Positions 45,876 through 56,760 of a stretch of 64,000 bases of DNA are shown here, in pieces. Position numbers and translations under genes: made by a program. Source of the stretch: Paracoccaceae bacterium (GTDB taxonomy: Bacteria; Pseudomonadota; Alphaproteobacteria; Rhodobacterales; Rhodobacteraceae); the NCBI GenBank assembly GCA_965217135.1, contig OZ244249.1, positions 3,496,167-3,560,166 of the forward strand, given 5' to 3'. The notes under the pieces are model-generated. The model was given only the letters and a program-made list of their open reading frames with translations. It had not been told where the DNA came from and ran no database searches. Numbering within the stretch: position 1 is the first letter of the stretch; every line of letters begins with the position of its first letter.

Positions 45876-45987
45876 TTTGCAGATGTCGGCCAGCATATCC
45901 TGCAAACTTTTGCAAACACTGGCGTTATCGTCATTCGATCAGTCGATTTTGCCATTTTTGCAAAACTACAAATTGACTTGTGCAAAT
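45876..45987. promoter_or_regulatory. Cluster of TTTGCA(A/G)A boxes upstream of prpE
   Basis: The boxes are TTTGCAG (45876), TGCAAAC (45901), TTTGCAAA (45909-45916), the perfect 10-bp palindrome TTTTGCAAAA (45956-45965) and TTGTGCAAAT (45978-45987). All lie within the 207-bp prpE-maeB intergenic region. Confidence 0.4.
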
Positions 45988-45989
45988 CC

Positions 45990-48263
45990 CTAGCCGTACT
46001 GGGTGACCGGTGTCCCGGCCAATGCAGCCATGTTCAGCAACCCGCGCGCGGTGATCGACGGGGATACAATATGCACCCGGTTGCCCATTCCCATCAGAAC
46101 CGGCCCGACTTCCAAACCATCAGCCTTAGCCTTGAGAATATTGCGCACACCGCTGGCCGCATCCGCATGGGCAAAGATCAGCACGTTGGCCGGGCCCTGC
46201 ATGCGCGAGTTTGGGAAAATCCGTTCGCGCAAACCCGGGTCCAGCGCGGTATCGACGTTCATTTCACCCTCATAGACGAAATCGCGCGGCGCGGCGTCGA
46301 GGATGCGGATTGCTTCGCGCAGACGATGGCCCGATCCCTGCTGCTGGTTGCCAAACTGGGACTGGGAACACATCGCAATCGCAGGCTCCAACCCGAAGCG
46401 CCGTACGTGGCGCGCGGCCCCTATCGCGATCTCCGCCAGATCTTCAGGCTGGGGCAGCTGGTGCACATGCGTATCGGCAATGAACAGTGGACCGTCTTCC
46501 AGGATCATCATCGACAACGCACCTTGCGGGTGCAGATCGTCCGTGGCCAGAACTTGCTGCACATAATTCAGGTGCCAGCGAAATTCCCCGAAGGTGCCGC
46601 AGATCAGGCTATCAGCCTCGCCCCGGTGGACCATCACCGCGCCAATGGCAGTGGAATTCGTGCGCATAATCGCCTTGGCCAGATCGGGCGTGACGCCTCG
46701 ACGCTGCATGATCTGATGATAGCTGTTCCAGTAATCGAAATAGCGCGGGTCGTTTTCTGGGTTCACGATCTGGAAGTCGCGATCTGGCCGGATTTCCAAC
46801 CCATAACGGTCGCAGCGCGCGTTGATCACATCGGGACGGCCGATCAGGATGGGCGTTTCGGTGGTTTCTTCCAGAATGGCTTGCGCGGCCCGCAGGACAC
46901 GCTCATCTTCACCTTCGGCAAAAACGATCCGACGCGCCGCCGAGCGAGCAGCCTCAAAAACCGGACGCATCAGCAGGGCTGATTTGAATACATTTTGCTT
47001 CAGTTTTTCTTCATACGCTGCCAAATCGTCCAGCGGCCGTGTGGCCACGCCGCTCTCCATCGCCGCACGTGCTACGGCGGCTGACACCACGCCGACCAGC
47101 CGAGGATCAAACGGCTTGGGGATAAGGTAATCTGCCCCAAAATTCAGCTGTTCGCCTCGATACGCCGCCGCCGCTTCGGCACTTGTTGTCGCACGGGCCA
47201 GTTCGGCGATGCCGTCGATACAGGCCAACTGCATCTTGTCATTGATCTCGGTCGCGCCGACATCCAGTGCCCCGCGAAAGATAAACGGGAAACACAGCAC
47301 ATTATTGACCTGATTCGGGAAGTCGCTGCGCCCGGTAGCGATAATCGCATCCGGCGCCACGCTGCGCACCAGGTCCGGCATGATCTCAGGCGTCGGATTG
47401 GCCAGCGCAAAGATGATTGGTCTGCCTGCCATTCTGGCGACGTGCTCAGACTTCAGCACTTCGGGCCCAGATAGACCCAGAAACAGGTCAGCGCCTTCGA
47501 TGACATCGTCCAGCGTGCGCAGATCGGATGCCTGCGCATAAGCAGCCTTGGTCGGGTTCATGTCGACCTCGCGCCCTTCGTGGACCAGGCCATGCAGGTC
47601 ACAAAGCCATACGTTTTCGCGTTTCACGCCCAGCTTCAGCAGCATGTTCAGGCATGCGATGCCGGCGGCACCACCACCGGTTGATACGATCTTGATATCT
47701 TCGAAATTCTTGCCCGCCACATGCAGCGCGTTCTTGGCCGCAGCGCCCACAACGATGGCTGTACCATGTTGATCGTCATGAAACACCGGGATGTTCATGC
47801 GCTCGCGGCACAACCGTTCAACGGTAAAACAATCCGGGGCCTTAATGTCTTCGAGATTGATCGCACCAAAGGTCGGGCCCAAGGCGCAGACGATATCAGC
47901 CAGCTTCTCAGGGTCGCTTTCATCCACTTCGATATCGAAACAGTCGATATTGGCAAACTTCTTGAACAGAACCGCCTTGCCCTCCATAACCGGTTTGGCG
48001 GCCAGCGCGCCAATGTTTCCAAGGCCCAAAACAGCAGTCCCGTTGGAGACCACCGCCACCAGATTGCTGCGCGCAGTGTATAGTGCGGCATTGGCCGGGT
48101 CGTCCTTGATCTCGATACACGCTTCGGCCACGCCCGGGGAATAGGCGCGGGACAGGTCGCGCCCATTGGCCATAGGCTTGGTTGCACGGATCTCCAGCTT
48201 GCCCGGTTTCGGATAGGCGTGATAGCTCAACGCCGCCTGGCGCAAGGATTGATTTTCAGACAT
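45990..48263 (-). CDS. maeB: NADP-dependent malic enzyme (malic enzyme plus PTA-like domain)
   Basis: 757 aa. The N-terminal half carries the malic enzyme/NAD(P)-binding domain ('[22 protein letters not shown]', '[11 protein letters not shown]'). The C-terminal half is phosphate-acetyltransferase-like. Confidence 0.9.
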   Translation of the reverse strand: MSENQSLRQAALSYHAYPKPGKLEIRATKPMANGRDLSRAYSPGVAEACIEIKDDPANAALYTARSNLVAVVSNGTAVLGLGNIGALAAKPVMEGKAVLFKKFANIDCFDIEVDESDPEKLADIVCALGPTFGAINLEDIKAPDCFTVERLCRERMNIPVFHDDQHGTAIVVGAAAKNALHVAGKNFEDIKIVSTGGGAAGIACLNMLLKLGVKRENVWLCDLHGLVHEGREVDMNPTKAAYAQASDLRTLDDVIEGADLFLGLSGPEVLKSEHVARMAGRPIIFALANPTPEIMPDLVRSVAPDAIIATGRSDFPNQVNNVLCFPFIFRGALDVGATEINDKMQLACIDGIAELARATTSAEAAAAYRGEQLNFGADYLIPKPFDPRLVGVVSAAVARAAMESGVATRPLDDLAAYEEKLKQNVFKSALLMRPVFEAARSAARRIVFAEGEDERVLRAAQAILEETTETPILIGRPDVINARCDRYGLEIRPDRDFQIVNPENDPRYFDYWNSYHQIMQRRGVTPDLAKAIMRTNSTAIGAVMVHRGEADSLICGTFGEFRWHLNYVQQVLATDDLHPQGALSMMILEDGPLFIADTHVHQLPQPEDLAEIAIGAARHVRRFGLEPAIAMCSQSQFGNQQQGSGHRLREAIRILDAAPRDFVYEGEMNVDTALDPGLRERIFPNSRMQGPANVLIFAHADAASGVRNILKAKADGLEVGPVLMGMGNRVHIVSPSITARGLLNMAALAGTPVTQYG

Positions 48264-48283
48264 CTCACTCCACCTCCGAAAAT

Positions 48284-48298
48284 TTAATTTAGCATTAA
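48284..48298. promoter_or_regulatory. CtrA-box-like site TTAA-N7-TTAA
   Basis: TTAATTTAGCATTAA(AC) lies 21 nt upstream of the maeB start codon and about 110 nt upstream of the divergent cupin-cdd operon. It is the only full TTAA-N7-TTAA I found in intergenic DNA in this window. Confidence 0.3.
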
Positions 48299-48406
48299 AC
48301 TACTTTTGATCAGACGTACATTCCGGTTTTGCACAACAGTGCCGCAGGCCCGGCTTGCAAATCCATCGGGGCAGGTTCAATCTCCGATCCGACAATGAGG
48401 TGAAAC

Positions 48407-49498
48407 ATGTCCGACACAATCGCAGAAATGCGTTTACCAACCAATGAACTTCTCGACGATCTGCCCTTCTTCACCAATACGCTGGGTATGCGTCTGGACA
48501 TGATCTACCCGGCGGACAACCCATCAATCGCTGTGTTTTCGGGACACGGTCTGCGCGTCCGCCTGGAGAAGGACGCGCCAGAGCCACCAGGCACGATCCG
48601 GATCCTCACCAACAATCCAGACACATTTGCAGATGGTAAAAGGTCCCTGACCGCACCCAACGGCACACGGATCGAGATCGAAGACAGCAATCCGCCGCTG
48701 GTTCTGCCCGAAACACGCCATTCCTTTGTGGTACGCCGGTTAGCCGATCAGGCGCCGTGGGTCATCGGGCGCGCGGGCATGAATTATCGCGATCTTGTGC
48801 CTGATCGACTGGGCGGCGCGATGATTGCCAGCCATATCCGCATCCCCGACGGCGGGCCGGTGCCGGACATGGTGCATTACCACAAAGTGGGGTTTCAGTT
48901 GATCTTCTGCATCCATGGCTGGGTGGATGTACTGTACGAAGACCAGGGCGACCGCCTAAGGCTTACACCGGGTGACTGTTTCATCCAACCTCCGGAAATC
49001 CGCCACCGCGTGATGGAGGCCAGCGATGATTTGCAGGTGATCGAAATTGGCGTTCCGGCCGACCATGTCACCGAGATTGACCATGACATGACCCTGCCCA
49101 CACCGTATGTGAGGCCTGATCGTGTGTGGCAGGGCCAGCGGTTTGTACACAACATCGCCGCCAAGGCCAACTGGCAGCCCTTCCGGCTACCCGGCTACAT
49201 CTGCCGCGATACAACCATCGCCGAAAACACTCAGAACGTGGCAGGTGTGCAGGTCGTCCGGCGCGGTGAAGGCACGCCGGTTTGGAGCACGCATGATTGC
49301 GACATCCTGTTCGGCTTTGTAATGGGCGGCCATGTCACCCTGGAAGGCGAAGGCCGAGATCCATTCGCGTTGGAACCCGGCGATGCTTATGTCATCCCGC
49401 CGGGGATGCGAACCCGATTGAGCGAACCAACCGACGACATAGAGATCCTCGAAGTGGCGCTTCCCGGTGCCTTTGAAACCACGGTGGAACCAGAATGA
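48407..49498 (+). CDS. Cupin-domain protein (VOC-like N-terminus plus two cupin barrels), function unknown
   Basis: Two cupin-like segments ('HYHKVGFQLIFCIHGWVDVLYEDQGDRLRLTPGDCFIQPPEIRHRV' and 'CDILFGFVMGGHVTLEGEG...PGDAYVIPPGMRTRL'). The stop overlaps the cdd start (ATGA). Confidence 0.7.
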   Translation: MSDTIAEMRLPTNELLDDLPFFTNTLGMRLDMIYPADNPSIAVFSGHGLRVRLEKDAPEPPGTIRILTNNPDTFADGKRSLTAPNGTRIEIEDSNPPLVLPETRHSFVVRRLADQAPWVIGRAGMNYRDLVPDRLGGAMIASHIRIPDGGPVPDMVHYHKVGFQLIFCIHGWVDVLYEDQGDRLRLTPGDCFIQPPEIRHRVMEASDDLQVIEIGVPADHVTEIDHDMTLPTPYVRPDRVWQGQRFVHNIAAKANWQPFRLPGYICRDTTIAENTQNVAGVQVVRRGEGTPVWSTHDCDILFGFVMGGHVTLEGEGRDPFALEPGDAYVIPPGMRTRLSEPTDDIEILEVALPGAFETTVEPE

Positions 49499-49887
49499 CC
49501 CTTCGACAGGCGGCAATAGACGTATGGGAGAGAGCCTATGCGCCCTATTCGAACTTCAAGGTCGGTGCGGCGATCCGTGGGGCATCAGGCGTGGTTTACG
49601 TTGGCTGCAACGTCGAAAATGTCGCTTATCCTGAAGGGACCTGTGCGGAAGCAGGCGCCATTGCAGCCATGGTCGCCGCCGGGGAAACCAAGCTGACAGA
49701 GGTCTATGTCATCGCCGGATCACCTTCCCCCGTGCCGCCCTGTGGCGGGTGCCGCCAGAAGCTGGCCGAATTCGGGGCGGGCGACGTACCGGTTACAATG
49801 GCCACCATGAGTGGCGCAGAGCAAGCCACGACCATCGCCGCCCTGCTGCCCGGCGCATTCGATGCCGGACATATGGAAGGAACCTGA
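49495..49887 (+). CDS. cdd: Cytidine deaminase
   Basis: Zinc ligand motifs 'CAEAGAI' and 'PCGGCRQKL'. 130 aa, homotetrameric type. Confidence 0.9.
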   Translation: MTLRQAAIDVWERAYAPYSNFKVGAAIRGASGVVYVGCNVENVAYPEGTCAEAGAIAAMVAAGETKLTEVYVIAGSPSPVPPCGGCRQKLAEFGAGDVPVTMATMSGAEQATTIAALLPGAFDAGHMEGT

Positions 49888-49890
49888 CCT

Positions 49891-51195
49891 GTGGATGCCC
49901 GGTCCATTATAGCCGATCTGCGCCTGGGCAAGAAGCTGTCACCCGACCAGCTGCGCTGGTTTGCCGAAGGACTGGCCGACATGCGCGTCAGCGATGCGCA
50001 GGCTGGGGCGTTTGCAATGGCCGTGTGCCTGCGCGGTCTGGGCCCCGAAGGCCGCGCCGCGCTGACGCTGGCGATGCGGGACACAGGATCGGTGCTGGAA
50101 TGGAACCTGGACGGGCCAGTGGTGGACAAACACTCCACCGGCGGCGTGGGCGATTGCCTGTCTTTGGTTTTGGGCCCTGCGCTGGCTGCTTGTGGCGTCT
50201 TCGTGCCCATGATTTCCGGGCGGGGTCTGGGTCATACTGGCGGCACGTTGGACAAGCTGGAGGCGATACCTGGCGTTTCCACCTCTGCCGGTGAGGGTCG
50301 GTTGCACCACATCACCCAGACCGCCGGCTGCGCCATTGTGGGTGCCAGCGCCGATATCGCGCCAGCAGACCGCAGGCTCTATGCCATTCGCGATGTAACG
50401 GCCACGGTGGAAAGCCTCGACCTTATCACGGCATCGATCCTGTCGAAGAAACTGGCCGCTGCACCGAGCGCGCTTGTGCTGGACGTCAAGGTAGGCTCGG
50501 GCGCGTTCATGAAAACGCCGGACGATGCCCGTGCGCTGGCCACGGCTCTGACCGAAACGGCCAATGCCTCCGGGTGCAAGACCACAGCTATCATCACAGA
50601 TATGAACCAGCCACTGGCCCCATCGCTGGGTAACGCGCTGGAAGTGGCCGAAACCATGCGCGTGCTGACCGCGACCGCCAGCGGCCCACTGATGGAGCTT
50701 GCGGCGGCCTTGGGCGGCGTGGTTTTGGCTGATGCCGGTGCAGCAAGCGACGTTCAGGACGGTGCCAACCGGGTTTTTGCCGCCATCCGCGACGGCCACG
50801 CCGCCGAGCGTTTTGGCAAGATGATCGCCGCGCAGGGTGGCCCGCTAGGCTTTGTCGATGATTGGCAGCGGTTTTTGCCCGAAGCAAATGTCATACGCGA
50901 AGTGCGCGCGCCGCAGGACGGTTACATCACCGAAATGGATGGCGAGGCGTTGGGGCTGACGGTCGTCAGGCTGGGCGGCGGACGGCAGGTGGAGTCAGAT
51001 ATTGTTGATCCATCAGTTGGGCTGTCCGGCATGGTCCGACTGGGCGAACAGGTTACCGAAGGGCAGCCACTTGCGGTGGTGCATGCCGTGCGCGAGGATG
51101 CAGCGCGCGCGACAGAAAAGGCAGTGCAGGCTGCGATTACAATCGCACCAGATCCCGCGGACGTCCCCACGCTGTTGCATGAACGGATCGGGTAA
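49891..51195 (+). CDS. deoA: Thymidine (pyrimidine-nucleoside) phosphorylase
   Basis: 'VDKHSTGGVGD' and 'SGRGLGHTGGTLDKLE' motifs. 434 aa, GTG start. Confidence 0.9.
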   Translation: MDARSIIADLRLGKKLSPDQLRWFAEGLADMRVSDAQAGAFAMAVCLRGLGPEGRAALTLAMRDTGSVLEWNLDGPVVDKHSTGGVGDCLSLVLGPALAACGVFVPMISGRGLGHTGGTLDKLEAIPGVSTSAGEGRLHHITQTAGCAIVGASADIAPADRRLYAIRDVTATVESLDLITASILSKKLAAAPSALVLDVKVGSGAFMKTPDDARALATALTETANASGCKTTAIITDMNQPLAPSLGNALEVAETMRVLTATASGPLMELAAALGGVVLADAGAASDVQDGANRVFAAIRDGHAAERFGKMIAAQGGPLGFVDDWQRFLPEANVIREVRAPQDGYITEMDGEALGLTVVRLGGGRQVESDIVDPSVGLSGMVRLGEQVTEGQPLAVVHAVREDAARATEKAVQAAITIAPDPADVPTLLHERIG

Positions 51196-52397
51196 TGCCC
51201 CGCGCGTTTCTCGTAGTCATGGACTCTGTGGGCATTGGCGGTGCGCCGGATGCCAACCGGTTTTTCAATGGCAACCTACCGGATACCGGGTCAAACACGA
51301 TCTTGCACATCGCGCGCTGGTGCGCCGACCACCGCGCTTCGGGGCCACTGAGCCTGCCTAACCTGAACCGGCTGGGACTGGGCGCGGCGGTGCAAGCCGC
51401 TTGCAGTGAGGATGCACCAGGCCTGCCTCCGCAATCGGGCACTATGTGGGCTGCAGCCAGCGAAATCTCCCCCGGCAAGGATACCCCCAGCGGGCATTGG
51501 GAACTGGCCGGACTGCCCGTACCGTGGGACTGGACCTATTTCCCCAAAACCACCTCAGCCTTCCCTCCCGATCTGACTCGGACCGTGATGGAAACCGCGG
51601 GCACCACCGGCATTCTTGGCAATTGTCACGCTTCGGGCACCTCGATTATCGCGGAGCTGGGGGAGGAGCATATCCGCACCGGATGGCCCATCTGCTACAC
51701 CTCTGCTGACAGCGTGTTCCAGATCGCCGCACATGAGCAGTATTTCGGCCTGAATAAACTGCTGCAACTGTGCCAGAACATCGCCCCGCACCTGCATGCC
51801 ATCAAGGTTGGCCGGGTGATCGCCCGGCCTTTTGTCGGGTCTGCCAAGGACGGGTTCCGACGCACCACGAACCGTCGCGACTATGCCATTCGGCCACCGG
51901 AGCCAGTGCTGACCAACTGGGTGCAGGATGCAGGCCACCCGGTGCATGCGGTGGGCAAGATCGGCGATATCTTTTCGATGGAAGGGATTGATGACGTCTG
52001 CAAAGGCGACGATCGCACGCTCATGACCCATCTGGCCAGACTGGTCCGTGAGGCCGAAAACCATAGCCTGACCTTTGCCAATTTCGTGGAGTTTGACAGC
52101 TTATATGGCCACCGCCGCGACCCGGCAGGCTATGCCGCCCATCTCGAATGGTTTGACAACGCGCTGGGACAACACATCCTGCCGCATTTGCGGGATGGGG
52201 ATTGCCTGATCCTTACGGCAGACCATGGCAATGACCCGACATGGGTCGGGACGGATCACACGCGGGAACGGGTGCCAGTATTGATTGCCGGAAAAGCCCC
52301 GCGGGACATCGGATTCATTGCGTTTGCCGATGTGGCAGCCAGTGTCGCCCATCATCTGGGCGTGGCCTCACAGGGGCCGGGACGCTCTTTTTTCTAG
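51195..52397 (+). CDS. deoB: Phosphopentomutase
   Basis: 'MPRAFLVVMDSVGIGGAPDA' and 'LTADHGNDPT' are the alkaline-phosphatase-superfamily metal sites. The start overlaps the deoA stop. Confidence 0.9.
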   Translation: MPRAFLVVMDSVGIGGAPDANRFFNGNLPDTGSNTILHIARWCADHRASGPLSLPNLNRLGLGAAVQAACSEDAPGLPPQSGTMWAAASEISPGKDTPSGHWELAGLPVPWDWTYFPKTTSAFPPDLTRTVMETAGTTGILGNCHASGTSIIAELGEEHIRTGWPICYTSADSVFQIAAHEQYFGLNKLLQLCQNIAPHLHAIKVGRVIARPFVGSAKDGFRRTTNRRDYAIRPPEPVLTNWVQDAGHPVHAVGKIGDIFSMEGIDDVCKGDDRTLMTHLARLVREAENHSLTFANFVEFDSLYGHRRDPAGYAAHLEWFDNALGQHILPHLRDGDCLILTADHGNDPTWVGTDHTRERVPVLIAGKAPRDIGFIAFADVAASVAHHLGVASQGPGRSFF

Positions 52398-52632
52398 AGG
52401 CGCGTGCAGCGTAGCTGGGTCAATGAGGCTGCGGCGGACCCAATTTCTTTGAAAGAAATCGGGTCAGATGCCCGTGAGCAAGCGGTAGTTTCAATTGGGT
52501 CTCGTTGTGTCGGAACTGGCGCCTTAGCGGAAGAATTTCCTCGGCGAATGACATAGGCCAGAACAGCAAAATCCCCGAGCCGCGACGCGCGCGGTCCGGG
52601 AGTATCTTTAACGATTTGACCCAAGATGACGA

Positions 52633-55600
52633 TTAGGCGAGCTCGGCCAGACGCGCGACGGCCTCTTTGATACGAGCCTCTTCCTCTTCACGGGCGGCGA
52701 GGTTGGCACGGGTTTCTTCCACCACCTCTTCAGGCGCGCTCTCGACGAATTTCGGGTTCTTCAGACGTCCGCGCAGACCACCCAGTTCCTTGGCCAGTTT
52801 TTGCAGGGTCTTTTCCAGCCGCGCCTTTTCTTCAGAGATGTCGATGATGTCGGCCAGCGGCAAACCAAAGCTCGCCCCTTCTGCGGCGATGTTGATGGTA
52901 CCTTTGGGCATCTCGTTCACCGAGCTGAGCCCCTCGATCCGCGCAAGTCGTTTGATCAGGGTTTCGTTGCGGTCCCAGGCGCCCTGCCCAGCCGCGTCGA
53001 TCCCAGTTGTGACCATTGGCACATAAGCCCCTGCTGGCACATGCATCTGGGCCCGGGCGGACCGCACGCTTTCGATCAGGGTAATGACCCAGTTCATTTC
53101 GTGGTCTGCAGCCGGATCGATCAGGTCCGCGCCATATCCCGGCCACATGCCATGGACCAGCATACTGTCCCGCTCGCCGGACAGGCCCCACAGCTCTTCG
53201 GTGATAAACGGCATGATCGGGTGCAGCAGGATAAGGCATTGGTCCAGCACCCATTTCATGGTTTCGCGGGTTTCCTGCGCCACGGCGGCATCTTCGCCCT
53301 GCAACAGCGGCTTGGAAAACTCCACATACCAGTCACAGACCTTGCCCCAGACAAAGGCGTAAAGCCCGTTGGCTGCATCGTTGAAGCGGTAATCGGTCAG
53401 CGCTGCGTCGACGGTTTCGCGGACCCGGGCGGTTTCGCCAATGATCCATTTGTTCAGTGTCTGCTGGGGCTGCGGGATGCCTTGCGGTGTAACCTCGAAC
53501 ACCCCGTTCATTTCGGCAAAGCGCATCGCGTTCCACAGCTTGGTTGTGAAGTTGCGATAGCCGGTGATCCGGTCTTTCGACAATTTCAGCACCCCGCCAA
53601 TCGCCGCCATAGACGCGTTGGTAAAGCGCAGCGCGTCGGCGCCGAATTCGTCCACAATCTCCAGTGGGTCGATGACATTGCCGGTGGTTTTGGACATCTT
53701 CTTGCCCTTCTCGTCGCGGACGAGCTGGTGCAGGTAGACGGTGTGGAACGGGATTTCTCCAACCACGGCCAACTGCTGCATCATCATCCGGGCGACCCAG
53801 AAGAACAGGATGTCGAACCCGGTGATCAGGACATCGGTGGGGAAGTAGCGTTCCAGCTCTTCGGTCTGATCCGGCCAGCCCAGCGTGCCGATGGGCCAGA
53901 GACCTGAGGAGAACCAGGTGTCGAGCACGTCGGGGTCGCGCCAAACCGGGAAGACCAGCTTGGTCGGGTCTCGCGAGGCTTCGTACTCCGCCAGGCTGCG
54001 CGCCAATTCGTGGATCGCGGCGTGCTTGTCGGCAACCTCGATCACCCGCATGTGGTTCAGGGGCGTGGGCACATCCGCCAGCGTGTTGAGAAAGGCCGGG
54101 ATCACCTCCTCAAACGATGCAGCACAACGGGACACATCGCCCGCATGCAGCAGTTCGCCAGAGGTCAGCAGGCGGCCCATTTCGACCAGATCCAGCGTCC
54201 CATCGCCTTCGTCGTCATGGAAATTCGGCGCTGACAGGTCCAGCCCGTACCACACCGGGATCTGGTGACCCCACCACAGCTGGCGGGAGATGCACCAGGG
54301 TTCGATGTTTTCCAGCCAGTGGTAATAGGTCTTTTCCCCGCTTTCAGGGATGATCTTGGTCTCGCCATTGCGGACGGCGTCCAGTGCGGGGCCAACAACT
54401 TTTTCAGCATCCACAAACCACTGGTCAGTCAGCATTGGTTCCACGACCACTTTGGACCGGTCACCAAAGGGCTGCATGATCGGTTTGCTTTCGACCAGCG
54501 GCACAATTTCATCGGCGCCCTCAGCGCCCGGTTTCAAAGCTGTAGAGCCGAGACGCGGATCATCCGCGCGGGTCATTACGGCGAGCCCTTCGGCAGTGAT
54601 TTCCTCAACCACCTTGGCACGCGCGTCGAACCGGTCGAGACCGCGCAGGTGATCGGGCACCAAGTTCAGCGCATCAACTTCGCCTTCGGTAAAAGGTGCG
54701 CCACCTGCGATCTGCTGGGCTTTCAGCGCTTCCTGAACGTAAGCCAGCCCATCGGCCCGCATCGCCCCGCGCGTATCCATCAGGCGGTACATCGGAATGC
54801 CACCTCGCTTGGCGACCTGGTAGTCGTTGAAATCATGCGCGCCGGTGATCTTTACCGCGCCAGAGCCGAAATCGGGATCCGGGTATTCATCCACAGTGAT
54901 GGGGATGAGTCGCCGCGAGGCCTGTGGACCAACCGGAATTTCGCAGAGTTTCCCAACAATCGGCGCATAACGTTCATCCTGTGGATGAACTGCAACTGCG
55001 CCATCGCCCAACATCGTCTCAGGCCGGGTGGTCGCAATCGAAATATAGTCGCGTTCTTCTTCAAGTATGATGTTACCGTCTTCGTCTTTCTCGCGGTAAA
55101 CATAAGTTTCTCCACCGGCCAGTGGATATTTGAAGTGCCACATGTGACCAGCGACCTCGGTGTTTTCCACTTCGAGATCGGAGATCGCGGTTTCGAAATG
55201 CGGGTCCCAGTTGACCAGTCGCTTGCCGCGGTAGATCAGGCTCTTGTTGTACATGTCCACGAAGACCTTGATCACGGCATCGTGGAAGTTGGCCGAGTTT
55301 TCGTGGCCCACACGCTGGTCGCCCGGTGCACCAGCCATTGTAAAGGCGTTGCGGTCCCAATCCAGCGAACAGCCCAGGCGTTTCAGCTGGTCGATGATGG
55401 TAAAGGCGTATTCGGTTTTCCAGTCCCACACCCGGTCCAGAAATTCGTCGCGCGACAGATCAGTGCGGCGCAGGTTGCTTTCCGCCTTCAGTTTCTTTTC
55501 CACCTGCAGCTGGGTTGCGATGCCCGCGTGGTCCTGCCCCGGTTGCCACAGCGTGTGGAACCCGCGCATCCGGTGCCAGCGCACAAGGATGTCCTGCAGC

Positions 55601-55785
55601 GTGTTGTTGAATGCATGGCCTACGTGCAACGCGCCTGTCACGTTGGGCGGCGGGATCATAATGCAGAAGCTGCCATCCTCGGCATTTTCCACGTGCTTAC
55701 CCGCCTTGAACGCGCTAGCGTTCTCCCAGGCTTTGTAAATCCTGCCTTCGGCCTCGGCTGCGTTGAACGTCTTTTCCATCGCCAT
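52633..55785 (-). CDS. valS: Valine--tRNA ligase
   Basis: HIGH '[10 protein letters not shown]', KMSKS 'KKMSKTTGN' and a C-terminal coiled coil. Start at '[20 protein letters not shown]' (ATG 55785). Confidence 0.95.
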   Translation of the reverse strand: MAMEKTFNAAEAEGRIYKAWENASAFKAGKHVENAEDGSFCIMIPPPNVTGALHVGHAFNNTLQDILVRWHRMRGFHTLWQPGQDHAGIATQLQVEKKLKAESNLRRTDLSRDEFLDRVWDWKTEYAFTIIDQLKRLGCSLDWDRNAFTMAGAPGDQRVGHENSANFHDAVIKVFVDMYNKSLIYRGKRLVNWDPHFETAISDLEVENTEVAGHMWHFKYPLAGGETYVYREKDEDGNIILEEERDYISIATTRPETMLGDGAVAVHPQDERYAPIVGKLCEIPVGPQASRRLIPITVDEYPDPDFGSGAVKITGAHDFNDYQVAKRGGIPMYRLMDTRGAMRADGLAYVQEALKAQQIAGGAPFTEGEVDALNLVPDHLRGLDRFDARAKVVEEITAEGLAVMTRADDPRLGSTALKPGAEGADEIVPLVESKPIMQPFGDRSKVVVEPMLTDQWFVDAEKVVGPALDAVRNGETKIIPESGEKTYYHWLENIEPWCISRQLWWGHQIPVWYGLDLSAPNFHDDEGDGTLDLVEMGRLLTSGELLHAGDVSRCAASFEEVIPAFLNTLADVPTPLNHMRVIEVADKHAAIHELARSLAEYEASRDPTKLVFPVWRDPDVLDTWFSSGLWPIGTLGWPDQTEELERYFPTDVLITGFDILFFWVARMMMQQLAVVGEIPFHTVYLHQLVRDEKGKKMSKTTGNVIDPLEIVDEFGADALRFTNASMAAIGGVLKLSKDRITGYRNFTTKLWNAMRFAEMNGVFEVTPQGIPQPQQTLNKWIIGETARVRETVDAALTDYRFNDAANGLYAFVWGKVCDWYVEFSKPLLQGEDAAVAQETRETMKWVLDQCLILLHPIMPFITEELWGLSGERDSMLVHGMWPGYGADLIDPAADHEMNWVITLIESVRSARAQMHVPAGAYVPMVTTGIDAAGQGAWDRNETLIKRLARIEGLSSVNEMPKGTINIAAEGASFGLPLADIIDISEEKARLEKTLQKLAKELGGLRGRLKNPKFVESAPEEVVEETRANLAAREEEEARIKEAVARLAELA

Positions 55786-55906
55786 GTCGATGTTCTCCAA
55801 TCTGGATGCGGCACCCTTTACAGAACCATGCAGGCAAGGGAAAGGCCAAGGCGACCCCGCATGTGCCACCTCTTGCCATAGGCCCGGAACCAACGGAAAA
55901 GGGCGG

Positions 55907-56641
55907 ATGGCGATCGATTCAAGAATTCAACCCACGGGCGTTTTTGGGCTGTTCCTTCGCATGGGCGGATGGGGGCTGATCATAACGGCCATTGTGCTTC
56001 TGGTGCTGTATTTTGGAGCGCAGTCAAAATTGACTGTGGCGCAGCGGTTTGAGGCCAATGGCGTTCCAGTGATCGCGACCGTGATTCGCAAATACACGAA
56101 GACCGACCAAAGCGGAGACAATAACAAAACCACCTATTGGGTGTCGTTTCGCTATTCCGTGCAGGGCGGGCAGGCACTGACCACGGACCGGAAGGTAGCA
56201 CGGCAGATTTATTTCAAGACCGAACCCGGTGCGAGTTTTGCGTTGGAGTACCTGCCAGACGACCCCAAGAAATTGCAGGTTACACCGGACGAGCACAGGC
56301 ACACGTCGGAAGCCTTGCAATTGGTGTTCATCTCTGTCGGGACCGTATGGCTGTATCTGCTCTGGTGGATTGGGCGCAAGGCGGCCGCCGGGGAACTGGC
56401 CCGGCGGCATGGCGCCCGGTACGAGACCCAAAGCCTTGGGCTGGCAAAAAGCAAAGTCAGCGTGAACCGGGAAACGCTCTACCAGCTGGTCTGGCGCACG
56501 CCGGAAGATGAAGAGGCCAGAAGCGTGCCACGCAAACGCACCAAGTTTAGCGGTGTGGAGGTTGCTGGAACCCCCATAACTATCTATCGCGGCCGGGGCC
56601 GGGATTGGTGGGCAGGCGATGTGGGCAACCGGTTTGACTGA
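55907..56641 (+). CDS. DUF3592-domain membrane protein
   Basis: An N-terminal TM helix, then a beta-rich segment '[29 protein letters not shown]...[14 protein letters not shown]', then a second TM helix. This is the DUF3592 layout. Confidence 0.6.
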   Translation: MAIDSRIQPTGVFGLFLRMGGWGLIITAIVLLVLYFGAQSKLTVAQRFEANGVPVIATVIRKYTKTDQSGDNNKTTYWVSFRYSVQGGQALTTDRKVARQIYFKTEPGASFALEYLPDDPKKLQVTPDEHRHTSEALQLVFISVGTVWLYLLWWIGRKAAAGELARRHGARYETQSLGLAKSKVSVNRETLYQLVWRTPEDEEARSVPRKRTKFSGVEVAGTPITIYRGRGRDWWAGDVGNRFD

Positions 56642-56760
56642 ACCAGCAGTCGGTCACGCAGATGCCAGTTCGAACCGTTCTGTGAAATACGCCTCCATCC
56701 GGTCATCGGCGGCCTGGTAGACATCTGCTCCGTGAACTCAAAGATTAGACCGGCGTGTGA

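Noticed and set aside
52394-52624. 76-aa minus-strand ORF between deoB and valS
   Set aside because: It has no motif and overlaps the deoB stop. The region is a convergent intergenic spacer with a hairpin (52437-52465). The ORF is probably spurious.
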